From a virus, in the IMG/VR virus record IMGVR_UViG_3300042922_000600, positions 11,239 to 75,238 of that record: DNA of 64,000 bases. The stretch is one strand, 5' to 3'. A program made the translations under genes and the position numbers. This document shows, piece after piece, positions 56,484-64,000 of this stretch. The notes beneath the pieces are model-generated. The model saw nothing but the letters and a program-made list of their open reading frames with translations, was not told the DNA's origin and did no database searches. How positions within the stretch are numbered: position 1 is the first letter of the stretch; each line of letters opens with the position of its first letter.

Positions 56484-57125
56484 ATGAAACTTTTAGAGCA
56501 CTTTGTCAGTATAAATGGAGAGGGTAGATACCAAGGATACCCTGTACTATTTCTAAGATTTGTTGGTTGTAATTTGAGATGTTCCTATTGTGATACCTCA
56601 TACAGCTATGAGGGTGGAAAAGAAATGTCCGTTCCTGAGGTATTTGACTTGGTATCATCCAGTGGTGTACAGCGTGTGACAATTACAGGTGGGGAGCCCT
56701 TATTACAGGGTGATGACTTAATTTCACTTTGTATAATGTTACTAGGGTCTGGATTTGAAGTTGAAATAGAGACGAATGGTTCATGTGATATATCAGAACT
56801 CCCTGACCATCCTTCATTATGCATAACAATGGACTGGAAGACTCCAAGCAGTCTTATGTCACCTTGTATGCAACTAAGCAACTTGGATATATTACAGAGT
56901 AAGGACGCTCTTAAATTTGTATGTGGAAGTGAATTAGACCTCTTGGATGCAAAACAGCTTATAATTAACTGTAAGCCAAATTGCCAAGTATTCTTTAGCC
57001 CTGTATTTGGAAAAATTGAGCCAAAAAGAATTGTTGAATTTATTCTGGAGAACAAATTGAATAACTGCAGAATGCAACTACAAATACATAAATTTATATG
57101 GCCACCGGAAGAGCGAGGGGTATAG
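56484..57125 (+). CDS. queE: 7-carboxy-7-deazaguanine synthase (radical SAM)
   Basis: SINGEG, GCNLRCSYCDT, TGGEP, IETNG, QLQIHK. Confidence 0.95.
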   Translation: MKLLEHFVSINGEGRYQGYPVLFLRFVGCNLRCSYCDTSYSYEGGKEMSVPEVFDLVSSSGVQRVTITGGEPLLQGDDLISLCIMLLGSGFEVEIETNGSCDISELPDHPSLCITMDWKTPSSLMSPCMQLSNLDILQSKDALKFVCGSELDLLDAKQLIINCKPNCQVFFSPVFGKIEPKRIVEFILENKLNNCRMQLQIHKFIWPPEERGV

Positions 57126-57129
57126 TAGC

Positions 57130-57363
57130 ATGTGGAAGACTAAAAATGAAAAATTCATTTTACTTTCACTGTTAGCACTAAGCCTAGTATTCCACATAGT
57201 TTTCGGACTATTCAGCAACTATAGGATAACGTACTTGGAAAACCAGTTGTTTCTATGTGAAATTGAAATTAGTAGTCTGGAGAGAAGAAATGCACTTTAC
57301 GAAGTAATTAATGACTCTCTAGGAAGACAGCTAGAGGAGTACAAAAAGGGCACACTTAATTGA
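57130..57363 (+). CDS. membrane-anchored coiled-coil protein
   Basis: N-terminal TM. Confidence 0.55.
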   Translation: MWKTKNEKFILLSLLALSLVFHIVFGLFSNYRITYLENQLFLCEIEISSLERRNALYEVINDSLGRQLEEYKKGTLN

Positions 57364-57370
57364 TTAAATT

Positions 57371-57439
57371 AAGGACTCACATAAATCAAAGTGAGTCTTT
57401 TAATTTTATTTTACATTTTTACTTGATTCATTTTATACT
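57371..57439 (+). promoter_or_regulatory. terminator (57371-57401) followed by promoter TTTACA-N18-TATACT (57410-57439)
   Basis: gactcac/gtgagtc stem; hexamers read from sequence. Confidence 0.7.
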
Positions 57440-57470
57440 GTATTGCAAAATTAATTTTAAGGAGGCTAGT

Positions 57471-58046
57471 ATGGGTAGAAAATTAACACCATCAGAAGAA
57501 ATTATAGCCAGTTCATTTAAGCAGATATTGGAAGCAATTGGCGAAGACCCTAATAGAGAGGGGTTGGTAGAAACACCAGAAAGATTTGCAAGAGCTTATA
57601 GTGAGTTCTTTAGTGGGCTTAAAGAAGACCCAAGAATACATTTACAGAAGGGCTTTAATGAAGGAGCCACAAGTGCAATGGTAATCGAAACTAAGATACC
57701 GTTTAATTCATTTTGCGAGCATCACTTTGTTCCATTCCATGGAATTGCTCACATAGGTTACATACCAAATGGCAAGGTCGTTGGTTTGAGTAAGCTTGCT
57801 AGACTTTTGGAAGGCTATGCCAAGAGACCGCAGATACAAGAAAGGCTGACAGGTCAAATTGCAGATGCCATAATGGAAGTCCTGGATGCTGAGGGCTGTG
57901 CAGTTATAATAGAAGCAGAGCACATGTGCATGACAGTGAGGGGAGTTAAAAAACCAGGTACCATAACAGTCACTAACGAGATGAGAGGAACATTCTTAAC
58001 TGACCCTGCAATTAGGCAGGAGTTTTTATCAATGATAAGGAGATAA
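57471..58046 (+). CDS. folE: GTP cyclohydrolase I
   Basis: [41 protein letters not shown]; start corrected to 57471. Confidence 0.96.
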   Translation: MGRKLTPSEEIIASSFKQILEAIGEDPNREGLVETPERFARAYSEFFSGLKEDPRIHLQKGFNEGATSAMVIETKIPFNSFCEHHFVPFHGIAHIGYIPNGKVVGLSKLARLLEGYAKRPQIQERLTGQIADAIMEVLDAEGCAVIIEAEHMCMTVRGVKKPGTITVTNEMRGTFLTDPAIRQEFLSMIRR

Positions 58047-58618
58047 TGAACATGATTAAATTTGTTGGGGCGTACCCTGGAGTTGTAACCATAGGCAATA
58101 TTAAATATGCACATGATGAATTAACTGTTGGTGTTGGCATGCTGTGCAAAAATGACGTACCAGATTTGGAACAGATTAAAAAGGATATAATGGAATGGAA
58201 ATGGCCGGGCTCAATAGAAGAGTTTGTAAATGAGATTGTTAACTACTTAAGTGCATGCATGGACTTTAAGGGAGTTATGGTAACAGCAACCAGCAGTTTA
58301 TTTGGTAGTGGACATACAGTGGTGACCGACGAGGTTTTAAGGGACTTTGATGTTAAGCAAGAAATGTATTACCTACTGGACAAGGCGGGTGCAGGACTTA
58401 GAAGGTGCAAATTTACCATTGCAGAAAGAAGGCGTAAACCGGACAGCGGTGCATTTTATATGCATGAAGAACAGCATGAAGGATATTTCCATCAATGGTT
58501 CCATGAGGGTAGACTAGAAGAGGGCGAGGGTGTTGACTTTGGTGCCATATGTGAGGACCTAAGTGGAAAAGTACATAAAGTATGGAAAACTGAAGCCATC
58601 GAATTCCTGGACAGATAA
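58046..58618 (+). CDS. putative T-fold (QueF-L-like) domain fused to a GYFHQW-type phage domain
   Basis: by-eye pattern match; coupled to folE. Confidence 0.45.
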   Translation: MNMIKFVGAYPGVVTIGNIKYAHDELTVGVGMLCKNDVPDLEQIKKDIMEWKWPGSIEEFVNEIVNYLSACMDFKGVMVTATSSLFGSGHTVVTDEVLRDFDVKQEMYYLLDKAGAGLRRCKFTIAERRRKPDSGAFYMHEEQHEGYFHQWFHEGRLEEGEGVDFGAICEDLSGKVHKVWKTEAIEFLDR

Positions 58619-58775
58619 TATGGATGAGCAGTTAAGAAATAAAATTACGGCATTGAGGGAGTTAGTGTGGGGTGAGGATATAGCAAGCCCCACATGTCCT
58701 GAATACATTGAACACCATGCAAGTATACAGAAAATATTAAAATTTATTGACACACAACTTTTAAAGGAGGATTAA
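58563..58775 (+). CDS. hypothetical protein (likely start 58620)
   Basis: EDI.SPTCPEY.EHH. Confidence 0.5.
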   Translation: MEKYIKYGKLKPSNSWTDNMDEQLRNKITALRELVWGEDIASPTCPEYIEHHASIQKILKFIDTQLLKED

Positions 58776-58776
58776 A

Positions 58777-59082
58777 ATGAAGGATAGAATTTTAGTGTGC
58801 TCATGCCAGAGACATGAACTATTAAAGGTGGGTACTAAGGTTACCCTTAAGAGAGTAGACAGTGAGCATGATAATGAAGCTGTTATGATATCAGTAGACA
58901 ACGTTGGAGATACTGTCTTTGTTTCTAATAGTGTAAACACTACAGTAACAGGAGCAAATAGTGCCGGGTACCTAGCCGCTATGATGGAATTAAGGGGTAC
59001 TAAACAGGTAAAGGGTACTGCTATACTTGTGGACAAAGGGTATGCTATTATAGAAATAATTACCAGAGAGGAATTGATGTGA
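58777..59082 (+). CDS. HIRAN-like domain protein
   Basis: V.LKR..SEHDNEAV, FVSNS..T...G..SAG.L. Confidence 0.6.
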   Translation: MKDRILVCSCQRHELLKVGTKVTLKRVDSEHDNEAVMISVDNVGDTVFVSNSVNTTVTGANSAGYLAAMMELRGTKQVKGTAILVDKGYAIIEIITREELM

Positions 59083-59780
59083 TGGGTAGAACGATAGTAA
59101 TTAGTGGGGCTTCAAGTGGTTTGGGTAAGGCAATAATAGAGGGCATAGCAAGAGACGGTGATTTTGTGTACAGTTTAGGCAGGAGCACTCCAAATTTAAA
59201 TCTAGACCATGTAGCTGTTCAGCATGTGCAAGTGGACTATAAGAATCCAGCAACTGTGGTTGAGCAGTTGAAGAGTGCAGGTATACTCAGTTGCGATTTA
59301 CTGTTGAACTGTGCAGGCTATATGCCACTCGAGGACAGTTTTTTACTGTATGACACAAAACAGGAATTCAATATTTTGGATGTCAATTTGACGTCACACT
59401 ACCTTGTGACTAAGCACTTTATACAGGGTGCTATGGAGGATTGCAGTAAATTGGACATAATAAGCATTGCTTCCTGTTGTGGGGTAAAGGCGGACAGCGA
59501 AACTCCATTGTATGCGGCGGCAAAGGCAGGTATAATTGCTTTAACTGAGGGGCTATGTACATTTAAACCAGAGCTAGTTAGAATAAACTGCATAAGCCCC
59601 GGGTATTTTAACACAAACTTAGTACCTGGAGATGCACCACAAGAGCTTTTGGATGCACAGGTACCACAAAAAAGAGAGGCACAGCCAGAAGAAATAGTGC
59701 CAGTTGTTAGAATGATATTGGATAGTCCATTTATGACAGGCTCCAATATAATAATTGATGGAGGACAGGTGAGAAAATAA
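59079..59780 (+). CDS. short-chain dehydrogenase/reductase
   Basis: GASSGLG, NCAG, S, YAAAK, N.ISPG, MTGSNIIIDGG. Confidence 0.92.
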   Translation: MMGRTIVISGASSGLGKAIIEGIARDGDFVYSLGRSTPNLNLDHVAVQHVQVDYKNPATVVEQLKSAGILSCDLLLNCAGYMPLEDSFLLYDTKQEFNILDVNLTSHYLVTKHFIQGAMEDCSKLDIISIASCCGVKADSETPLYAAAKAGIIALTEGLCTFKPELVRINCISPGYFNTNLVPGDAPQELLDAQVPQKREAQPEEIVPVVRMILDSPFMTGSNIIIDGGQVRK

Positions 59781-60787
59781 TGACTAATGATAAAAAATTT
59801 CCATTAAGTTGTGTCTACTTGACAAAGAAATGCCCAAGAAGATGCGAATATTGTAGAATAAGAGACAGCAAGCTACAAGGTCCAGAGTTGACAACAGAGC
59901 AGTGGCTTAATGCATTTAAAATCCTTAAGGATGCTGGTGTAGAGTTTAATTTAATTTTAGGTAATGAGCCTTTTATGCTTAAGGAAGAACTTCCTAAGAT
60001 TATTGAAGGGATTAAGGATTACAATTATGGAATCTACAGCTCCGCTCCTAAGGAGTTGTTTGAGCAGTATTGTGACGATGTTGTAAATGCAGGATTAAAG
60101 AACTTCAGTATACCAATAGACTTGGTTAATATAGACACTGAGTATAAGGGTGACATAAAAGATAAAGGATGGCAGGGATTGGAAAACTTGCTTGCCATGA
60201 AAGAAAAGGGCGTTGAGGAACTCTTGGGTATAATTACTGTACACAAGATGAATTGCAGAAACCTTGTTGACATTGTTAAGTATGTTAGCCAGTTTGGATT
60301 GACGGTAGGACTGAATGTTATCCATTGGGACCAAGACGGTAAATATGACTTCTTCCCACCAAAGGGTGAATTATCTGAATACATACTGGATGAGGAAGAT
60401 AAGCTTGCATTGAAAGAGCAGTTAAAAGAACTCCTTAGAATGAAAAATGACAAGGAAGTTAATATACAGAACAATGCAAACTGGTTCGCAGACCTATTTA
60501 GATACTTAGATAATTTGAATTGGCATTGTACCAAGGATGAAATACTCACAATTGATGCAGATGGCTCTTTCAGAGTGTGCGGGTATAGAAAGGGAGAGAA
60601 CATTTGCAAGTTTAATGTATTCAACTTCCAAGATAACTTAGAGGAATTCCTTGCGGCATGGCACAAGGATAGACAGGAATGCCCAGGCTGTTTCTGGTCC
60701 TACCCATACTTATCCGAACAGTGGAATGATACCGCAAACCACTTTATGGATTTGGATAAGATTTTTAAAGAGCAACTTAATAAATAA
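59780..60787 (+). CDS. radical SAM protein with C-terminal twitch/SPASM-like cysteines
   Basis: CPRRCEYC, GNEP, C...IDADG...C, C..C. Confidence 0.9.
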   Translation: MTNDKKFPLSCVYLTKKCPRRCEYCRIRDSKLQGPELTTEQWLNAFKILKDAGVEFNLILGNEPFMLKEELPKIIEGIKDYNYGIYSSAPKELFEQYCDDVVNAGLKNFSIPIDLVNIDTEYKGDIKDKGWQGLENLLAMKEKGVEELLGIITVHKMNCRNLVDIVKYVSQFGLTVGLNVIHWDQDGKYDFFPPKGELSEYILDEEDKLALKEQLKELLRMKNDKEVNIQNNANWFADLFRYLDNLNWHCTKDEILTIDADGSFRVCGYRKGENICKFNVFNFQDNLEEFLAAWHKDRQECPGCFWSYPYLSEQWNDTANHFMDLDKIFKEQLNK

Positions 60788-60849
60788 ACCAAAGATGGCT
60801 TGGGGTGGAATAAATCTATCCCAAGTCACTAAAATAATAGGAGGTAGTA

Positions 60850-61719
60850 ATGAAAATAAAGACATTAGTAGAAGATGGAATTTTGAAGTGTGCTAGTCAA
60901 TCTTGCTTAGACTGTACCACCAGCAATAAGGCTAAAGGGTGTAAGGTTGCTGTGATACCAGATGAGGAGAACATTGAAGACAGGGAATCACAGCCAGTGG
61001 TCCAACTTTTGAATGGTGATGAGTTGAAGGACCTGTTTTACCAAATAGGGGACTTTGCAAAAATCTGTTATGACTCCCAAAATGGAATCAAGCACATTGG
61101 AAAACATGTAATAGACACAAATCATGGGTCTGCTCTAAGGAGTGTGCATTTTAAATTTCATGTGGAAGGGGCAAGCAGAGCATTTAGCCACCAGTATGTT
61201 AGGCACAATGTGGGCGTGGACCATAATCAACGTTCACAGCGATATGTGGAAGAGGATGGCTTTAACTACATAACCCCACCAAGTATTAAAAAGAACAAAG
61301 TTGCAGAAGTAATCTATGTGGATGCAATGGAGTACCTAAACACTATTTATGGTGACTTAAAGGCACTGGACATACCTGCTGAGGATGCTCGATTTGTACT
61401 TCCAAATGGGTGTGAGACCAGAGTTAACACAGTGTTTTCCCTTCAAGCTATGATTCACTTTATGAATGAGCGTCTGTGCAATAGGGCCCAATGGGAAATA
61501 AGAAGAATAGCGTCTATGATGAAGGATGAAATGGCAAAATATGTGCCCGAGGTACTGGAATACATGGTACCTAAATGCGAACAACTTGGGTATTGTATTG
61601 AGGGCAAAAAATGCTGTGGCAAGATGCCAACTAAAGCTAAGGTATTAGAGGGTTATAAACAATATCTAATAATGACGCAGGTGCAGGAGGGTAACAATGG
61701 CAAAGATATATTGGGCTAG
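60850..61719 (+). CDS. thyX: flavin-dependent thymidylate synthase
   Basis: SRAFSHQYVRH, QRSQRY, EDARFVLP, RLC.RAQWEIR. Confidence 0.95.
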   Translation: MKIKTLVEDGILKCASQSCLDCTTSNKAKGCKVAVIPDEENIEDRESQPVVQLLNGDELKDLFYQIGDFAKICYDSQNGIKHIGKHVIDTNHGSALRSVHFKFHVEGASRAFSHQYVRHNVGVDHNQRSQRYVEEDGFNYITPPSIKKNKVAEVIYVDAMEYLNTIYGDLKALDIPAEDARFVLPNGCETRVNTVFSLQAMIHFMNERLCNRAQWEIRRIASMMKDEMAKYVPEVLEYMVPKCEQLGYCIEGKKCCGKMPTKAKVLEGYKQYLIMTQVQEGNNGKDILG

Positions 61720-62206
61720 AATAAATAGTTTAGCAGTAATCCCAACAAAGAGAAAGGAGGATGCTGGACTGGATATTTATGGAATATTACTGGACCCATA
61801 TCTCGTACTGGAGCCCCAACAGATTCATAAATTCCACACAGGACTGAAGTCCGCCTTTAGTGACAGGTATGCTGTTATACTTAAGGAGCGTGGTAGTACA
61901 GGCACCAAAGGACTACAGCAAAGGGCTGGAGTATTTGACAGTGGCTTTAGAGGGGAGTGGTTGGTTCCTATTCAAAACTGCAATAATGTGCCAGCAGTAT
62001 TTTATAACGATAAGGTAATCACACAAGAGGAAATTAAGCTATTGCCGGGAATGGATAATGCAATTTACTACCCAATGTCTAAGGCAATATGTCAGGCAGT
62101 GATGGTGAAGACTCCTCGAGTGAAGTGTGTGGAGGTAAGTTTATCTCAAATACTCAGGAAGGCATCCAAAAGGATGGAAGGTTTAATCGGGAGCTCCGGA
62201 AAATGA
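61697..62206 (+). CDS. dut: dUTPase
   Basis: DAGLD, ERGS, GVFDSGFRGE, ICQ, R..G..GSSG. Confidence 0.92.
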   Translation: MAKIYWARINSLAVIPTKRKEDAGLDIYGILLDPYLVLEPQQIHKFHTGLKSAFSDRYAVILKERGSTGTKGLQQRAGVFDSGFRGEWLVPIQNCNNVPAVFYNDKVITQEEIKLLPGMDNAIYYPMSKAICQAVMVKTPRVKCVEVSLSQILRKASKRMEGLIGSSGK

Positions 62207-62781
62207 GTAAACTAATTATTGTAGAGGGTCCGCAGGGCGTTGGAAAAACTACCATTACTAACTGGCTACGCGAGCAGTTACCATACACTAACTTATACAG
62301 ATTGAGTGGGCACCATGATAAGGCACCAACTGGAAAGCTTAAGTCCACCAAAATGTATTGTGCTTTAATGGATTATATGGAAAGTACTTCCGGCACAGGT
62401 GTTAACTTGTTATTCGACAGGACATTTATTTCAGAGGAAGTTTATTGCAGGCTTGGATATAGAAACTACAACTTCAGTGATGTTTGTGCGGGGCTGATGG
62501 ACCGCTTGGACAAAATAGACTATGATGTTGTAATACTGAATTTGTTCTGTGATAACCTGGGCGTCATGCAGGAAAGACTAAATCGTGATAAGACATCACA
62601 TTTGGATATAAACTTTTGTACAGAGGAATCAATCCGTCAGCAATCTGAGTACTATAAGTTGATGGAGGAGCTTTCTGAAACACATAAGAACATAAGGATT
62701 TGGTCAGTTAATACTGAGAGTAGGTCAACTTGGGAAAGAGTACTGGAAAACTTAGTTAACGAGCCAGAGTGTCAAAAATAA
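62203..62781 (+). CDS. dNMP/thymidylate kinase-like
   Basis: IIVEGPQGVGKTT, FDR..ISE.VY; start corrected to 62203. Confidence 0.8.
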   Translation: MSKLIIVEGPQGVGKTTITNWLREQLPYTNLYRLSGHHDKAPTGKLKSTKMYCALMDYMESTSGTGVNLLFDRTFISEEVYCRLGYRNYNFSDVCAGLMDRLDKIDYDVVILNLFCDNLGVMQERLNRDKTSHLDINFCTEESIRQQSEYYKLMEELSETHKNIRIWSVNTESRSTWERVLENLVNEPECQK

Positions 62782-62834
62782 AGCCCTAATTCAGGGCTTT
62801 TTATTTTACAATTATTTATGGTTGGTTTTATACT
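62780..62834 (+). promoter_or_regulatory. terminator followed by promoter TTTACA-N18-TATACT
   Basis: aaagccct/agggcttt stem; hexamers at 62805-62834. Confidence 0.7.
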
Positions 62835-62865
62835 GTACTATATAAATTAAGGAGGTATGAACTTA

Positions 62866-64000
62866 ATGTGCGGAATTGCAGGTATTAGGTTTGGAGAAGG
62901 TAACCACACAGAGCAGGTAAAAAAGATAGTGCAACTGATGGAAAAAACTAGTCTTAGGGGTCAGGATGGTTACGGTATTGTAAGTGTAAAGACAGGGAAG
63001 TGGCTTAAAAGTACAGAACTTCCAACAGGTAGTGAGCCATTTTTTAATATGGACTTCAGTGGGGATTTCGTAATACTTAATGCACGGGCACAGCCTATGA
63101 CGGAAATTGCAAGCACTGATGTGGATTCACTGCAACCAGTATTAAAGTATGGCTATGTCCTTGCTCATAATGGTGTTGTGTCAAACGATGAAGAACTGTG
63201 TAATAAGTACTCACTTACAGATATGAAATTAGACTCAGAACTTGTGTTGGACTTGCTACACAGACACACAACCTATGGTACGGTTAGAGACTGTTATAGT
63301 ATACTCAAGCATGAGGTATTTCCAATTTTGAGTGGGGGCTTTGCATGTGCTTTTGCCAAGATAGGTAACCCCGATGAAGTAGTATTAATCAAAGACTTTA
63401 AAACGCTTTGGTATGGTACGGACAAAAATGATTTTTATTTTGCAAGTGAGAAAGAGTTTATTGAGGATATATTTGGGAAAGAGAATATATTTAGCAGAAA
63501 TAGAATCGAAAATGTCAATCCGTATACAATTAATTACATAAACTTTAAACAATTCTGTCACGTGGAAGAGGAGTTGCACACAAAGACAATTTCCAGCTTG
63601 CCACCAAAGAATGAAAATTTAGTGCTTGTATGTGCAAGTGGTGGTATTGATAGTTCTACCAGTGCCTATGTTGCTAAGAAGATAGAAGGTAAGGAAGTTG
63701 TAATGGCATTTTTTGATATGGGCCAAAAGAGTGCAGAGCGAGAGTGGGAAGCTGTTCAGGCAATAGCCAATGATTTGGGTGCGGCAGTAAAATACATTGA
63801 CATTAAATGGCTCGGACAATTGGGAAGTAGCGTATTGACAGACCCCAACTTGGATATACCAAAGTCGGAAAAAACTAACATAAAGAGCACCGTATGTTGG
63901 ACGCCAGCAAGAAACTTAGCAATGATGAGTATACTTGTGTCGCTTGCTGAAAGTATTGGAGCAAGTGCAATATATAATGGTTGGACCTTGGAGGAGGGTG
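62866..64000 (+). CDS. queC: Gat-QueC: class II glutamine amidotransferase fused to preQ0 synthase (3'-truncated, absent from track)
   Basis: MCGIAG, RGQDGYG, QP, AHNG..SN, DSE; then SGGIDS, GQK, SSVLTD, PARNL. Confidence 0.92.
   Translation, partial: MCGIAGIRFGEGNHTEQVKKIVQLMEKTSLRGQDGYGIVSVKTGKWLKSTELPTGSEPFFNMDFSGDFVILNARAQPMTEIASTDVDSLQPVLKYGYVLAHNGVVSNDEELCNKYSLTDMKLDSELVLDLLHRHTTYGTVRDCYSILKHEVFPILSGGFACAFAKIGNPDEVVLIKDFKTLWYGTDKNDFYFASEKEFIEDIFGKENIFSRNRIENVNPYTINYINFKQFCHVEEELHTKTISSLPPKNENLVLVCASGGIDSSTSAYVAKKIEGKEVVMAFFDMGQKSAEREWEAVQAIANDLGAAVKYIDIKWLGQLGSSVLTDPNLDIPKSEKTNIKSTVCWTPARNLAMMSILVSLAESIGASAIYNGWTLEEG

Noticed and set aside
57360-57470. N-terminal extension of FolE (similar extensions for DnaX, DnaB, kinase and endolysin in the track)
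   Set aside because: The extension spans a terminator and promoter, or overlaps the upstream gene; downstream starts have proper RBSs.
58986-58997. GGAATTAAGGGG as a further copy of the dispersed element
   Set aside because: Core mismatch and no upstream box at the right distance.
291-63819. Numerous minus-strand ORFs in the track (e.g. 15677-16186, 60034-60666)
   Set aside because: They are antisense shadows of well-supported + strand genes, with no RBS or motifs.
1-64000. Stop-codon reassignment, diversity-generating retroelement, tRNAs, integrase, dpdA
   Set aside because: Genes are intact under code 11 using all three stops; no reverse transcriptase, TR/VR pair, cloverleaf, recombinase or TGT-like motif was recognised.

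Overview
This is 64 kb of a large, AT-rich tailed dsDNA phage (siphovirus-like), most likely infecting a Firmicutes/Clostridia-type host, judged from GGAGG RBSs, sigmaA-like promoters and a PBSX-like head module. Essentially all real genes are on the + strand. Gene order: small accessory genes (ASCH, DUF932, YkgJ, CYTH); terminase, portal, head, neck and tail, with a -1 frameshifted tail chaperone; a separately promoted ~14 kb fibre/adhesin module; lysis; replication (SNF2, initiator with iterons, DnaC, DnaB, primase, sigma-like factor, SSB, family A polymerase, a full DnaX/HolB/HolA clamp loader, DnaQ); and nucleotide metabolism with a 7-deazaguanine DNA-modification pathway (queD, queE, folE, truncated gat-queC) interleaved with a QueF-L-like T-fold protein, an SDR and a radical SAM enzyme. 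The most notable unexplained signals are: (1) a co-oriented ~53 bp element (upstream box, hairpin, AGAATTAAGG) recurring every ~6-13 kb, including inside a gene; (2) extra enzymes in the deazaguanine cluster, suggesting a new hypermodification; (3) a family A polymerase paired with a bacterial-type clamp loader; (4) a split XkdF-type prohead protease; (5) an 18-bp-spacer promoter class. No integrase, dpdA, tRNA, CRISPR or intron was seen. All protein calls come from motif recognition by eye; no database searches were run.
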